Source: Vicinamibacteria bacterium
GTDB lineage: Bacteria > Acidobacteriota > Vicinamibacteria > Marinacidobacterales > Marinacidobacteraceae
Assembly: GCA_963668695.2 (NCBI GenBank)
Contig: CAXXLQ010000004.1
Span: forward strand, 2,784,001 to 2,848,000
Length of the DNA stretch: 64,000 nt
Direction: 5' to 3'
Each line of letters starts with the position of its first letter. The stretch's first letter is position 1. Under the pieces are notes generated by a model. It saw only the letters and a program-made list of their open reading frames with translations, was not told where the DNA came from and ran no database searches. Shown piece by piece: positions 21,301 through 36,300 of the stretch. A program made the position numbers and the translations under genes.

Positions 21301-24300
21301 ACCCGGCGAGCGTGGGAGAGGCGGACGGTGCGACGGCGGTGGTGGTGACGGCGGCGCTGAATGCCACCCCGCGCCAGCTGGCCACGGCGGTGACGGTCGC
21401 GGTGGGTGCCGCGGGGGACAGTGCGACGGAGGGGACGGACTACGCCACGGTGTCGGACTTCACGGTGACGATCGGGGCGGGCGCGACGAGCGGGACGGGG
21501 ACGTTCACGCTGACGCCGACGCAGGACTCCCTGGGCGAGGGTGACGAGAGCATCACGGTGGGAGGAACGGCGACGGGGTTGACGGTGACGGGGTTGACGG
21601 TGACGGGGACATCGTTGACGCTGACGGACGACGAGACGGCTTCCACGGCGGTGACGCTGTCGGTGAACCCGGCGAGCGTGGGAGAGGCGGACGGGGCGAC
21701 GGCGGTGGTGGTGACGGCGGCGCTGAATGCCACCCCGCGCCAGCTGGCCACGGCGGTGACGGTCGCGGTGGGGGCCGAAACGGACAGTGCGACGGAGGGG
21801 ACGGACTACCAGGCGGTGTCGGACTTCACGGTGACGATCGGGGCGGGTGCGACGAGCGGGACGGGGACGTTCACGCTGACGCCGACGCAGGACTCCCTGG
21901 GCGAGGGTGACGAGAGCATCACGGTGGGAGGAACGGCGACGGACCTGACGGTGATGGGAACGTCGTTGACGCTGACGGACGACGAGACGGCTTCCACGGC
22001 GGTGACGCTGTCGGTGAACCCGGCGAGCGTGGGAGAGGCGGACGGTGCGACGGCGGTGGTGGTGACGGCGGCGCTGAATGCCACCCCGCGCCAGCTGGCC
22101 ACGGCGGTGACGGTCGCGGTGGGGGCCGGAGGGGACGGCGCGACGGAGGGGACGGACTACCAGGCGGTGTCGGACTTCACGGTGACGATCGGGGCGGGCG
22201 CGACGAGCGGGACGGGGACGTTCACGCTGACGCCGACGCAGGACTCCCTGGGCGAGGGTGACGAGAGCATCACGGTGGGAGGAACGGCGACGGACCTGAC
22301 GGTGAGGGGAACGTCGTTGACGCTGACGGACGACGAGACGGCTTCCACGGCGGTGACGCTGTCGGTGAACCCGGCGAGCGTGGGAGAGGCGGACGGGCGA
22401 CGGCGGTGGTGGTGACGGCGGCGCTGAATGCCACCCCGCGCCAGCTGGCCACGGCGGTGACGGTCGCGGTGGGGGACGGAGGGGACAGTGCGACGGAGGG
22501 GACGGACTACGCCACGGTGTCGGACTTCACGGTGACGATCGGGGCGGGTGCGACGAGCGGGACGGGGACGTTCACGCTGACGCCGACGCAGGACTCCCTG
22601 GGCGAGGGTGACGAGAGCATCACGGTGGGAGGAACGGCGACGGGGTTGACCTGACGGTGACGGGGACGTCGTTGACGCTGACGGACGACGAGACGGCTTC
22701 CACGGCGGTGACGCTGTCGGTGAACCCGGCGAGCGTGGGAGAGGCGGACGGGGCGACGGCGGTGGTGGTGACGGCGGCGCTGAATGCCACCCCGCGCCAG
22801 CTGGCCACGGCGGTGACGGTCGCGGTGGGGGCCGAAACGGACAGTGCGACGGAGGGGACGGACTACCAGGCGGTGTCGGACTTCACGGTGACGATCGGGG
22901 CGGGTGCGACGAGCGGGACGGGGACGTTCACGCTGACGCCGACGCAGGACTCCCTGGGCGAGGGTGACGAGAGCATCACGGTGGGAGGAACGGCGACGGA
23001 CCTGACGGTGATGGGAACGTCGTTGACGCTGACGGACGACGAGACGGCTTCCACGGCGGTGACGCTGTCGGTGAACCCGGCGAGCGTGGGAGAGGCGGAC
23101 GGTGCGACGGCGGTGGTGGTGACGGCGGCGCTGAATGCCACCCCGCGCCAGCTGGCCACGGCGGTGACGGTCGCGGTGGGGGCCGGAGGGGACGGCGCGA
23201 CGGAGGGGACGGACTACCAGGCGGTGTCGGACTTCACGGTGACGATCGGGGCGGGCGCGACGAGCGGGACGGGGACGTTCACGCTGACGCCGACGCAGGA
23301 CTCCCTGGGCGAGGGTGACGAGAGCATCACGGTGGGAGGAACGGCGACGGACCTGACGGTGATGGGAACGTCGTTGACGCTGACGGACGACGAGACGGCT
23401 TCCACGGCGGTGACGCTGTCGGTGAACCCGGCGAGCGTGGGAGAGGCGGACGGTGCGACGGCGGTGGTGGTGACGGCGGCGCTGAATGCCACCCCGCGCC
23501 AGCTGGCCACGGCGGTGACGGTCGCGGTGGGGGCCGAAACGGACAGTGCGACGGAGGGGACGGACTACGCCACGGTGTCGGACTTCACGGTGACGATTGG
23601 GGCGGGTGCGACGAGCGGGACGGGGACGTTCACGCTGACGCCGACGCAGGACTCCCTGGGCGAGGGTGACGAGAGCATCACGGTGGGAGGAACGGCGACG
23701 GGGTTGACGGTGACGGGGTTGACGGTGACGGGGACATCGTTGACGCTGACGGACGACGAGACGGCTTCCACGGCGGTGACGCTGTCGGTGAACCCGGCGA
23801 GCGTGGGAGAGGCGGACGGGGCGACGGCGGTGGTGGTGACGGCGGCGCTGAATGCCACCCCGCGCCAGCTGGCCACGGCGGTGACGGTCGCGGTGGGGGA
23901 CGCGGGGGACGGCGCGATGGAGGGGACGGACTACGCCACGGTGTCGGACTTCACGGTGACGATCGGGGCGGGTGCGACGAGCGGGACGGGGACGTTCACG
24001 CTGACGCCGACGCAGGACTCCCTGGGCGAGGGTGACGAAACGATATCGGTAGGCGGGAGTACCACGGTGGCGGAGCTGACCGTCAGGGGCACGGAACTTA
24101 CCCTGGTCGACGACGAGACCTCCTCGACGGTGATCACCCTGTCGGCGAATCCCGCCGCTGTCGGAGAAGGGGATTCGGCCACCGCCGTCGCGGTGACGGC
24201 GGTGCTGAATGCCACCCCGCGCCAGCTGGCCACGGCGGTGACGGTCGCGGTGGGGGCCGAAACGGACAGTGCGACGGAGGGGACGGACTACGCCACGGTG

Positions 24301-27300
24301 TCGGACTTCACGGTGACGATCGGTGCGGGTGCGACGAGCGGGACGGGGACGTTCACGCTGACGCCGACGCAGGACTCCCTGGGCGAGGGTGACGAGAGCA
24401 TCACGGTGGGAGGAACGGCGACGGGGTTGACGGTGACGGGGTTGACGGTGACGGGGACATCGTTGACGCTGACGGACGACGAGACGGCTTCCACGGCGGT
24501 GACGCTGTCGGTGAACCCGGCGAGCGTGGGAGAGGCGGACGGGGCGACGGCGGTGGTGGTGACGGCGGCGCTGAATGCCACCCCGCGCCAGCTGGCCACG
24601 GCGGTGACGGTCGCGGTGGGGGCCGAAACGGACAGTGCGACGGAGGGGACGGACTACCAGGCGGTGTCGGACTTCACGGTGACGATCGGGGCGGGCGCGA
24701 CGAGCGGGACGGGGACGTTCACGCTGACGCCGACGCAGGACTTACTGGTCGAGGGTGACGAGACGATCTCGGTGAAGGGGACGGCGACGGGGCTGACGGT
24801 GACGGGTGCGTCGTTGACGCTGGAAGACGAGGAGACGGCCTCCACGGAGGTGACGCTGTCGGTGAACCCGGCGAGCGTGGGAGAGGCGGACGGTGCGACG
24901 GCGGTGGTGGTGACGGCGGCGCTGGACGGTGCGGCGCTGGGCTCGGCGACGGCGGTGACGGTCGCGGTGGGGGCCGGAACGGACAGTGCGACGGAGGGAA
25001 CGGACTACCAGGCGGTGTCGGACTTCACGGTGACGATCGGTGCGGATGCGACGAGCGGGACGGGGACGTTCACGTTGACGCCGACGCAGGACTTAGTGAG
25101 CGAGGGTGACGAGGCGATTTCGGTCGAGGGGACGACGACGATCCCGGGCCTGGTGGTGACCGGTACGGCGTTGACGCTGACGGACAACGAGACGATTTCG
25201 ACGGGGTTGACGCTGTCGGTGAACCCGACGAGCGTGGGAGAGGCGGACGGGGCGACGGCGGTGGTGGTGACGGCGGCGCTGCACGGGGGCGCCCGGGGGG
25301 AGGCGACGGCGGTGACAGTCGCGGTGGGAGACACGGGGGACAGTGCGACGGAGGGGACGGACTACGCCACGGTGTCGAACTTCACGGTGACGATCGGGGC
25401 GAACGCGACGAGCGGGACCGGGACGTTCACCTTGACGCCGACGCAGGACTTACTGGTCGAGGGTGACGAGACGATCTCGGTGAAGGGGACGGCGACGGGG
25501 CTGACGGTGACGGGTGCGTCGTTGACGCTGACGGACGACGAGACGGTTTCGACGGGGTTGACGCTGTCGGTGAACCCGGCGAGCGTGGGAGAGGCGGACG
25601 GGGCGACGGCGGTGGTGGTGACGGCGGCGCTGCACGGCGCGGCGCGGGGATCGGCGACGGCGGTGACAGTCGCGGTGGGAGACACGGGGGACAGTGCGAC
25701 GGAGGGGACGGACTACGCGACGGTTTCGGACTTCACGGTGACGATCGGGGCGAACGCGACGAGCGGGACCGGGACGTTCACCTTGACGCCGACGCAGGAC
25801 TTACTGGTCGAGGGCGACGAGACGATCTCGGTGAAGGGGACGGCGACGGGGCTGACGGTGACGGGTGCGTCGTTGACGCTGACGGACGACGAGACGGTTT
25901 CGACGGGGTTGACGCTGTCGGTGAACCCGGCGAGCGTGGGAGAGGCGGACGGGGCGACGGCGGTGGTGGTGACGGCGGCGCTGCACGGGGGCGCCCGGGG
26001 GGAGGCGACGGCGGTGACAGTCGCGGTGGGAGACACGGGGGACAGTGCGACGGAGGGGACGGACTACGCCACGGTGTCGAACTTCACGGTGACGATCGGG
26101 GCGAACGCGACGAGCGGGACCGGGACGTTCACCTTGACGCCGACGCAGGACTTACTGGTCGAGGGTGACGAGACGATCTCGGTGAAGGGGACGGCGACGG
26201 GGCTGACGGTGACGGGTGCGTCGTTGACGCTGACGGACGACGAGACGGTTTCGACGGGGTTGACGCTGTCGGTGAACCCGGCGAGCGTGGGAGAGGCGGA
26301 CGGGGCGACGGCGGTGGTGGTGACGGCGGCGCTGCACGGCGCGGCGCGGGGATCGGCGACGGCGGTGACAGTCGCGGTGGGAGACACGGGGGACAGTGCG
26401 ACGGAGGGGACGGACTACGCGACGGTGTCGGACTTCACGGTGACGATCGGGGCGAACGCGACGAGCGGGACCGGGACGTTCACCTTGACGCCGACGCAGG
26501 ACTTACTGGTCGAGGGCGACGAGACGATCTCGGTGAAGGGGACGGCGACGGGGCTGACGGTGACGGGTGCGTCGTTGACGCTGACGGACGACGAGACGGT
26601 TTCGACGGGGTTGACGCTGTCGGTGAACCCGGCGAGCGTGGGAGAGGCGGACGGGGCGACGGCGGTGGTGGTGACGGCGGCGCTGCACGGCGCGGCGCGG
26701 GGATCGGCGACGGCGGTGACAGTCGCGGTGGGAGACACGGGGGACAGTGCGACGGAGGGGACGGACTACGCCACGGTGTCGGACTTCACGGTGACGATCG
26801 GGGCGAACGCGACGAGCGGGACCGGGACGTTCACCTTGACGCCGACGCAGGACTTACTGGTCGAGGGCGACGAGACGATCTCGGTGAAGGGGACGGCGAC
26901 GGGGCTGACGGTGACGGGTGCGTCGTTGACGCTGACGGACGACGAGACGGCCTCGACGGGGGTGACGCTGTCGGTGAACCCGGCGAGCGTGGGAGAGGCG
27001 GACGGGGCGACGGCGGTGGTGGTGACGGCGGCGCTGGACGGGGGCGCCCGGGGCTCGGCGACGGCGGTGACGGTCGCGGTGGGGGACGGGGGGGACAGTG
27101 CGACGGAGGGGACGGACTACGCCACGGTGTCGGACTTCACGGTGACGATCGGGGCGAACGCGACGAGCGGGACCGGGACGTTCACCTTGACGCCGACGCA
27201 GGACTTACTGGTCGAGGGCGACGAGACGATCTCGGTGAAGGGGACGGCGACGGGGCTGACGGTGACGGGTGCGTCGTTGACGCTGGAAGACGACGAGACG

Positions 27301-30300
27301 GCCTCCACGGGGGTGACGCTGTCGGTGAACCCGGCGAGCGTGGGAGAGGCGGACGGGGCGACGGCGGTGGTGGTGACGGCGGCGCTGGACGGGGGCGCCC
27401 GGGAGGAGGCGACGGCGGTGACGGTCGCGGTGGGCGACGGGGGGACAGTGCGACGGAGGGGACGGACTACGCCACGGTGTCGGACTTCACGGTGACGATC
27501 GGGGCGAACGCGACGAGCGGGACGGGGACGTTCACCTTGACGCCGACGCAGGACTTACTGGTCGAGGGTGACGAGACGATCTCGGTGAAGGGGACGGCGA
27601 CGGGGCTGACGGTGACGGGTGCGTCGTTGACGCTGACGGACGACGAGACGGTTTCGACGGGGTGACGCTGTCGGTGAACCCGGCGAGCGTGGGAGAGGCG
27701 GACGGGGCGACGGCGGTGGTGGTGACGGCGGCGCTGCACGGGGGCGCCCGGGGCTCGGCGACGGCGGTGACGGTCGCGGTGGGGGACGGGGGGGACAGTG
27801 CGACGGAGGGGACGGACTACGCCACGGTGTCGGACTTCACGGTGACGATCGGGGCGAACGCGACGAGCGGGACCGGGACGTTCACCTTGACGCCGACGCA
27901 GGACTTACTGGTCGAGGGTGACGAGACGATCTCGGTGAAGGGGACGGCGACGGGGCTGACGGTGACGGGTGCGTCGTTGACGCTGACGGACGACGAGACG
28001 GTTTCGACGGGGTGACGCTGTCGGTGAACCCGGCGAGCGTGGGAGAGGCGGACGGGGCGACGGCGGTGGTGGTGACGGCGGCGCTGCACGGGGGCGCCCG
28101 GGGCTCGGCGACGGCGGTGACGGTCGCGGTGGGGGACGGGGGGGACAGTGCGACGGAGGGGACGGACTACGCCACGGTGTCGGACTTCACGGTGACGATC
28201 GGGGCGAACGCGACGAGCGGGACCGGGACGTTCACCTTGACGCCGACGCAGGACTTACTGGTCGAGGGTGACGAGACGATCTCGGTGAAGGGGACGGCGA
28301 CGGGGCTGACGGTGACGGGTGCGTCGTTGACGCTGACGGACGACGAGACGGTTTCGACGGGGTTGACGCTGTCGGTGAACCCGGCGAGCGTGGGAGAGGC
28401 GGACGGGGCGACGGCGGTGGTGGTGACGGCGGCGCTGCACGGCGCGGCGCGGGGCTCGGCGACGGCGGTGACGGTCGCGGTGGGGGACGGGGGGGACAGT
28501 GCGACGGAGGGGACGGACTACGCCACGGTGTCGGACTTCACGGTGACGATCGGGGCGAACGCGACGAGCGGGACCGGGACGTTCACCTTGACGCCGACGC
28601 AGGACTTACTGGTCGAGGGAGACGAGACGATCTCGGTGAAGGGGACGGCGACGGGGCTGACGGTGACGGGGCGTCGTTGACGCTGACGGACGACGAGACG
28701 GCTTCGACGGCGGTGACGCTGTCGGTGAACCCGGCGAGCGTGGGAGAGGCGGACGGGGCGACGGCGGTGGTGGTGACGGCGGCGCTGGACGGGCGGCGCC
28801 CGGGGCTCGGCGACGGCGGTGACGGTCGCGGTGGGGGACGGGGGGGACAGTGCGACGGAGGGGACGGACTACGCGACGGTGTCGGACTTCACGGTGACGA
28901 TCGGTGCGAACGCGACGAGCGGGACGGGGACGTTCACCTTGACGCCGACGCAGGACGTGCTGGTCGAGGGAGACGAGACGATCTCGGTGGGAGGGACGGC
29001 GACGGGGCTGACGGTGACGGGGGCGTCGTTGACGCTGACGGACGACGAGACGGCTTCGACGGCGGTGACGCTGTCGGTGAACCCGGCGAGCGTGGGAGAG
29101 GCGGACGGGGCGACGGCGGTGGTGGTGACGGCGGCGCTGGACGGCGGCGCCCGGGGCTCGGCGACGGCGGTGACGGTCGCGGTGGGGGACGGGGGGGACA
29201 GTGCGACGGAGGGGACGGACTACGCCACGGTGTCGGACTTCACGGTGACGATCGGTGCGAACGCGACGAGCGGGACCGGGACGTTCACCTTGACGCCGAC
29301 GCAGGACTTACTGGTCGAGGGTGACGAGACGATCTCGGTGAAGGGGACGGCGACGGGGCTGACGGTGACGGGTGCGTCGTTGACGCTGACGGACGACGAG
29401 ACGGCTTCGACGGGGTGACGCTGTCGGTGAACCCGGCGAGCGTGGGAGAGGCGGACGGGGCGACGGCGGTGGTGGTGACGGCGGCGCTGACGGCGCGGCG
29501 CGGGGCTCGGCGACGGCGGTGACAGTCGCGGTGGGAGACACGGGGGACAGTGCGACGGAGGGGACGGACTACGCGACGGTGTCGGACTTCACGGTGACGA
29601 TCGGGGCGAACGCGACGAGCGGGACCGGGACGTTCACCTTGACGCCGACGCAGGACTTACTGGTCGAGGGCGACGAGACGATCTCGGTGAAGGGGACGGC
29701 GACGGGGCTGACGGTGACGGGTGCGTCGTTGACGCTGACGGACGACGAGACGGCCTCGACGGGGTGACGCTGTCGGTGAACCCGGCGAGCGTGGGAGAGG
29801 CGGACGGGGCGACGGCGGTGGTGGTGACGGCGGCGCTGCACGGGCGGCGCCCGGGGCTCGGCGACGGCGGTGACGGTCGCGGTGGGGACACGGGGGACAG
29901 TGCGACGGAGGGGACGGACTACGCCACGGTGTCGGACTTCACGGTGACGATCGGGGCGAACGCGACGAGCGGGACCGGGACGTTCACCTTGACGCCGACG
30001 CAGGACTTACTGGTCGAGGGTGACGAGACGATCTCGGTGAAGGGGACGGCGACGGGGCTGACGGTGACGGGTGCGTCGTTGACGCTGACGGACGACGAGA
30101 CGGTTTCGACGGGGTGACGCTGTCGGTGAACCCGGCGAGCGTGGGAGAGGCGGACGGGGCGACGGCGGTGGTGGTGACGGCGGCGCTGCACGGGCGGCGC
30201 CCGGGGCTCGGCGACGGCGGTGACAGTCGCGGTGGGAGACACGGGGGACAGTGCGACGGAGGGGACGGACTACGCCACGGTGTCGGACTTCACGGTGACG

Positions 30301-33300
30301 ATCGGGGCGAACGCGACGAGCGGGACCGGGACGTTCACCTTGACGCCGACGCAGGACTTACTGGTCGAGGGTGACGAGACGATCTCGGTGAAGGGGACGG
30401 CGACGGGGCTGACGGTGACGGGTGCGTCGTTGACGCTGACGGACGACGAGACGGTTTCGACGGGGTTGACGCTGTCGGTGAACCCGGCGAGCGTGGGAGA
30501 GGCGGACGGGGCGACGGCGGTGGTGGTGACGGCGGCGCTGCACGGCGCGGCGCGGGGATCGGCGACGGCGGTGACAGTCGCGGTGGGAGACACGGGGGAC
30601 AGTGCGACGGAGGGGACGGACTACGCGACGGTGTCGGACTTCACGGTGACGATCGGGGCGAACGCGACGAGCGGGACCGGGACGTTCACCTTGACGCCGA
30701 CGCAGGACTTACTGGTCGAGGGAGACGAGACGATCTCGGTGAAGGGGACGGCGACGGGGCTGACGGTGACGGGTGCGTCGTTGACGCTGACGGACGACGA
30801 GACGGTTTCGACGGGGGTGACGCTGTCGGTGAACCCGGCGAGCGTGGGAGAGGCGGACGGGGCGACGGCGGTGGTGGTGACGGCGGCGCTGCACGGGGCG
30901 CCCGGGGGGCTCGGCGACGGCGGTGACGGTCGCGGTGGGGGACGGGGGACAGTGCGACGGAGGGGACGGACTACGCCACGGTGTCGGAACTTCACGGTGA
31001 CGATCGGGGCGAACGCGACGAGCGGGACCGGGACGTTCACCTTGACGCCGACGCAGGACTTACTGGTCGAGGGTGACGAGACGATCTCGGTGAAGGGGAC
31101 GGCGACGGGGCTGACGGTGACGGGTGCGTCGTTGACGCTGACGGACGACGAGACGGTTTCGACGGGGTGACGCTGTCGGTGAACCCGGCGAGCGTGGGAG
31201 AGGCGGACGGGGCGACGGCGGTGGTGGTGACGGCGGCGCTGCACGGCGCGGCGCGGGGATCGGCGACGGCGGTGACAGTCGCGGTGGGAGACACGGGGGA
31301 CAGTGCGACGGAGGGGACGGACTACGCGACGGTGTCGGACTTCACGGTGACGATCGGGGCGAACGCGACGAGCGGGACCGGGACGTTCACCTTGACGCCG
31401 ACGCAGGACTTACTGGTCGAGGGAGACGAGACGATCTCGGTGAAGGGGACGGCGACGGGGCTGACGGTGACGGGTGCGTCGTTGACGCTGACGGACGACG
31501 AGACGGTTTCGACGGGGGTGACGCTGTCGGTGAACCCGGCGAGCGTGGGAGAGGCGGACGGGGCGACGGCGGTGGTGGTGACGGCGGCGCTGACGGCGCG
31601 GCGCGGGGCTCGGCGACGGCGGTGACAGTCGCGGTGGGAGACGGGGGGGACAGTGCGACGGAGGGGACGGACTACGCCACGGTGTCGGACTTCACGGTGA
31701 CGATCGGGGCGAACGCGACGAGCGGGACCGGGACGTTCACCTTGACGCCGACGCAGGACTTACTGGTCGAGGGAGACGAGACGATCTCGGTGGAGGGGAC
31801 GGCGACGGGGCTGACGGTGACGGGGCGTCGTTGACGCTGACGGACGACGAGACGGCTTCGACGGCGGTGACGCTGTCGGTGAACCCGGCGAGCGTGGGAG
31901 AGGCGGACGGGGCGACGGCGGTGGTGGTGACGGCGGCGCTGACGGGCGGCGCCCGGGGCTCGGCGACGGCGGTGACGGTCGCGGTGGGGGACCGGGGGAC
32001 AGTGCGACGGAGGGGACGGACTACGCCACGGTGTCGGACTTCACGGTGACGATCGGTGCGAACGCGACGAGCGGGACGGGGACGTTCACCTTGACGCCGA
32101 CGCAGGACGTGCTGGGTGAGGGAGACGAGAGCATCACGGTGGGAGGGACGGCGACGGGGCTGACGGTGACGGCGGCGTCGTTGACGCTGACGGACGACGA
32201 GACGGCTTCGACGGCGGTGACGCTGTCGGTGAACCCGGCGAGCGTGGGAGAGGCGGACGGGGCGACGGCGGTGGTGGTGACGGCGGCGCTGACGGCGCGG
32301 CGCGGGGATCGGCGACGGCGGTGACAGTCGCGGTGGGGGACGGGGGGGACAGTGCGACGGAGGGGACGGACTACGCGACGGTGTCGGACTTCACGGTGAC
32401 GATCGGGGCGAACGCGACGAGCGGGACCGGGACGTTCACCTTGACGCCGACGCAGGACTTACTGGTCGAGGGTGACGAGACGATCTCGGTGAAGGGGACG
32501 GCGACGGGGCTGACGGTGACGGGTGCGTCGTTGACGCTGACGGACGACGAGACGGTTTCGACGGGGTGACGCTGTCGGTGAACCCGGCGAGCGTGGGAGA
32601 GGCGGACGGGGCGACGGCGGTGGTGGTGACGGCGGCGCTGCACGGCGCGGCGCGGGGATCGGCGACGGCGGTGACAGTCGCGGTGGGAGACACGGGGGAC
32701 AGTGCGACGGAGGGGACGGACTACGCGACGGTGTCGGACTTCACGGTGACGATCGGGGCGAACGCGACGAGCGGGACCGGGACGTTCACCTTGACGCCGA
32801 CGCAGGACTTACTGGTCGAGGGTGACGAGACGATCTCGGTGAAGGGGACGGCGACGGGGCTGACGGTGACGGGTGCGTCGTTGACGCTGACGGACGACGA
32901 GACGGTTTCGACGGGGTGACGCTGTCGGTGAACCCGGCGAGCGTGGGAGAGGCGGACGGGGCGACGGCGGTGGTGGTGACGGCGGCGCTGACGGGCGGCG
33001 CCCGGGGCTCGGCGACGGCGGTGACGGTCGCGGTGGGGGACGGGGGACAGTGCGACGGAGGGGACGGACTACGCCACGGTGTCGGACTTCACGGTGACGA
33101 TCGGGGCGAACGCGACGAGCGGGACCGGGACGTTCACCTTGACGCCGACGCAGGACTTACTGGTCGAGGGTGACGAGACGATCTCGGTGAAGGGGACGGC
33201 GACGGGGCTGACGGTGACGGGTGCGTCGTTGACGCTGACGGACGACGAGACGGTTTCGACGGGGTGACGCTGTCGGTGAACCCGGCGAGCGTGGGAGAGG

Positions 33301-36300
33301 CGGACGGGGCGACGGCGGTGGTGGTGACGGCGGCGCTGCACGGCGCGGCGCGGGGCTCGGCGACGGCGGTGACAGTCGCGGTGGGAGACACGGGGGACAG
33401 TGCGACGGAGGGGACGGACTACGCCACGGTGTCGGACTTCACGGTGACGATCGGGGCGAACGCGACGAGCGGGACCGGGACGTTCACCTTGACGCCGACG
33501 CAGGACTTACTGGTCGAGGGTGACGAGACGATCTCGGTGAAGGGGACGGCGACGGGGCTGACGGTGACGGGTGCGTCGTTGACGCTGACGGACGACGAGA
33601 CGGTTTCGACGGGGTGACGCTGTCGGTGAACCCGGCGAGCGTGGGAGAGGCGGACGGGGCGACGGCGGTGGTGGTGACGGCGGCGCTGCACGGCGCGGCG
33701 CGGGGATCGGCGACGGCGGTGACAGTCGCGGTGGGAGACACGGGGGACAGTGCGACGGAGGGGACGGACTACGCGACGGTGTCGGACTTCACGGTGACGA
33801 TCGGGGCGAACGCGACGAGCGGGACCGGGACGTTCACCTTGACGCCGACGCAGGACTTACTGGTCGAGGGTGACGAGACGATCTCGGTGAAGGGGACGGC
33901 GACGGGGCTGACGGTGACGGGTGCGTCGTTGACGCTGACGGACGACGAGACGGTTTCGACGGGGTTGACGCTGTCGGTGAACCCGGCGAGCGTGGGAGAG
34001 GCGGACGGGGCGACGGCGGTGGTGGTGACGGCGGCGCTGCACGGCGCGGCGCGGGGATCGGCGACGGCGGTGACAGTCGCGGTGGGAGACACGGGGGACA
34101 GTGCGACGGAGGGGACGGACTACGCCACGGTGTCGGACTTCACGGTGACGATCGGGGCGAACGCGACGAGCGGGACCGGGACGTTCACCTTGACGCCGAC
34201 GCAGGACTTACTGGTCGAGGGTGACGAGACGATCTCGGTGAAGGGGACGGCGACGGGGCTGACGGTGACGGGTGCGTCGTTGACGCTGGAAGACGATGAG
34301 ACGGCCTCCACGGAGGTGACGCTGTCGGTGAACCCGACGAGCGTGGGAGAGGCGGACGGGGCGACGGCGGTGGTGGTGACGGCGGCGCTGGACGGTGCGG
34401 CGCGGGGCTCGGCGACGGCGGTGACAGTCGCGGTGGGAGACACGGGGGACAGTGCGACGGAGGGGACGGACTACGCCACGGTGTCGAACTTCACGGTGAC
34501 GATCGGGGCGAACGCGACGAGCGGGACCGGGACGTTCACCTTGACGCCGACGCAGGACTTACTGGTCGAGGGTGACGAGACGATCTCGGTGAAGGGGACG
34601 GCGACGGGGCTGACGGTGACGGGTGCGTCGTTGACGCTGGAAGACGATGAGACGGCCTCCACGGAGGTGACGCTGTCGGTGAACCCGACGAGCGTGGGAG
34701 AGGCGGACGGGGCGACGGCGGTGGTGGTGACGGCGGCGCTGGACGGTGCGGCGCGGGGCTCGGCGACGGCGGTGACAGTCGCGGTGGGAGACACGGGGGA
34801 CAGTGCGACGGAGGGGACGGACTACGCCACGGTGTCGAACTTCACGGTGACGATCGGGGCGAACGCGACGAGCGGGACCGGGACGTTCACCTTGACGCCG
34901 ACGCAGGACTTACTGGTCGAGGGTGACGAGACGATCTCGGTGAAGGGGACGGCGACGGGGCTGACGGTGACGGGTGCGTCGTTGACGCTGGAAGACGATG
35001 AGACGGCCTCGACGGAGGTGACGCTGTCGGTGAACCCGACGAGCGTGGGAGAGGCGGACGGGGCGACGGCGGTGGTGGTGACGGCGGCGCTGCACGGCGC
35101 GGCGCGGGGCTCGGCGACGGCGGTGACAGTCGCGGTGGGAGACACGGGGGACAGTGCGACGGAGGGGACGGACTACGCCACGGTGTCGAACTTCACGGTG
35201 ACGATCGGGGCGAACGCGACGAGCGGGACCGGGACGTTCACCTTGACGCCGACGCAGGACTTACTGGTCGAGGGTGACGAGACGATCTCGGTGAAGGGGA
35301 CGGCGACGGGGCTGACGGTGACGGGTGCGTCGTTGACGCTGGAAGACGATGAGACGGCCTCCACGGGGTTGACGCTGTCGGTGAACCCGACGAGCGTGGG
35401 AGAGGCGGACGGGGCGACGGCGGTGGTGGTGACGGCGGCGCTGCACGGTGCGGCGCGGGGCTCGGCGACGGCGGTGACAGTCGCGGTGGGAGACACGGGG
35501 GACAGTGCGACGGAGGGGACGGACTACGCCACGGTGTCGAACTTCACGGTGACGATCGGGGCGAACGCGACGAGCGGGACCGGGACGTTCACCTTGACGC
35601 CGACGCAGGACTTACTGGTCGAGGGTGACGAGACGATCTCGGTGAAGGGGACGGCGACGGGGCTGACGGTGACGGGTGCGTCGTTGACGCTGGAAGACGA
35701 CGAGACGGCCTCCACGGGGGTGACGCTGTCGGTGAACCCGACGAGCGTGGGAGAGGCGGACGGGGCGACGGCGGTGGTGGTGACGGCGGCGCTGCACGGG
35801 GGCGCCCGGGGGGAGGCGACGGCGGTGACGGTCGCGGTGGGAGACACGGGGGACAGTGCGACGGAGGGGACGGACTACGCCACGGTGTCGGACTTCACGG
35901 TGACGATCGGGGCGAACGCGACGAGCGGGACCGGGACGTTCACCTTGACGCCGACGCAGGACTTACTGGTCGAGGGTGACGAGACGATCTCGGTGAAGGG
36001 GACGGCGACGGGGCTGACGGTGACGGGTGCGTCGTTGACGCTGACGGACGACGAGACGGTTTCGACGGGGTTGACGCTGTCGGTGAACCCGACGAGCGTG
36101 GGAGAGGCGGACGGGGCGACGGCGGTGGTGGTGACGGCGGCGCTGCACGGGGGCGCCCGGGGGGAGGCGACGGCGGTGACGGTCGCGGTGGGAGACACGG
36201 GGGACAGTGCGACGGAGGGGACGGACTACGCCACGGTGTCGAACTTCACGGTGACGATCGGGGCGAACGCGCCGAGCGGGACCGGGACGTTCACCTTGAC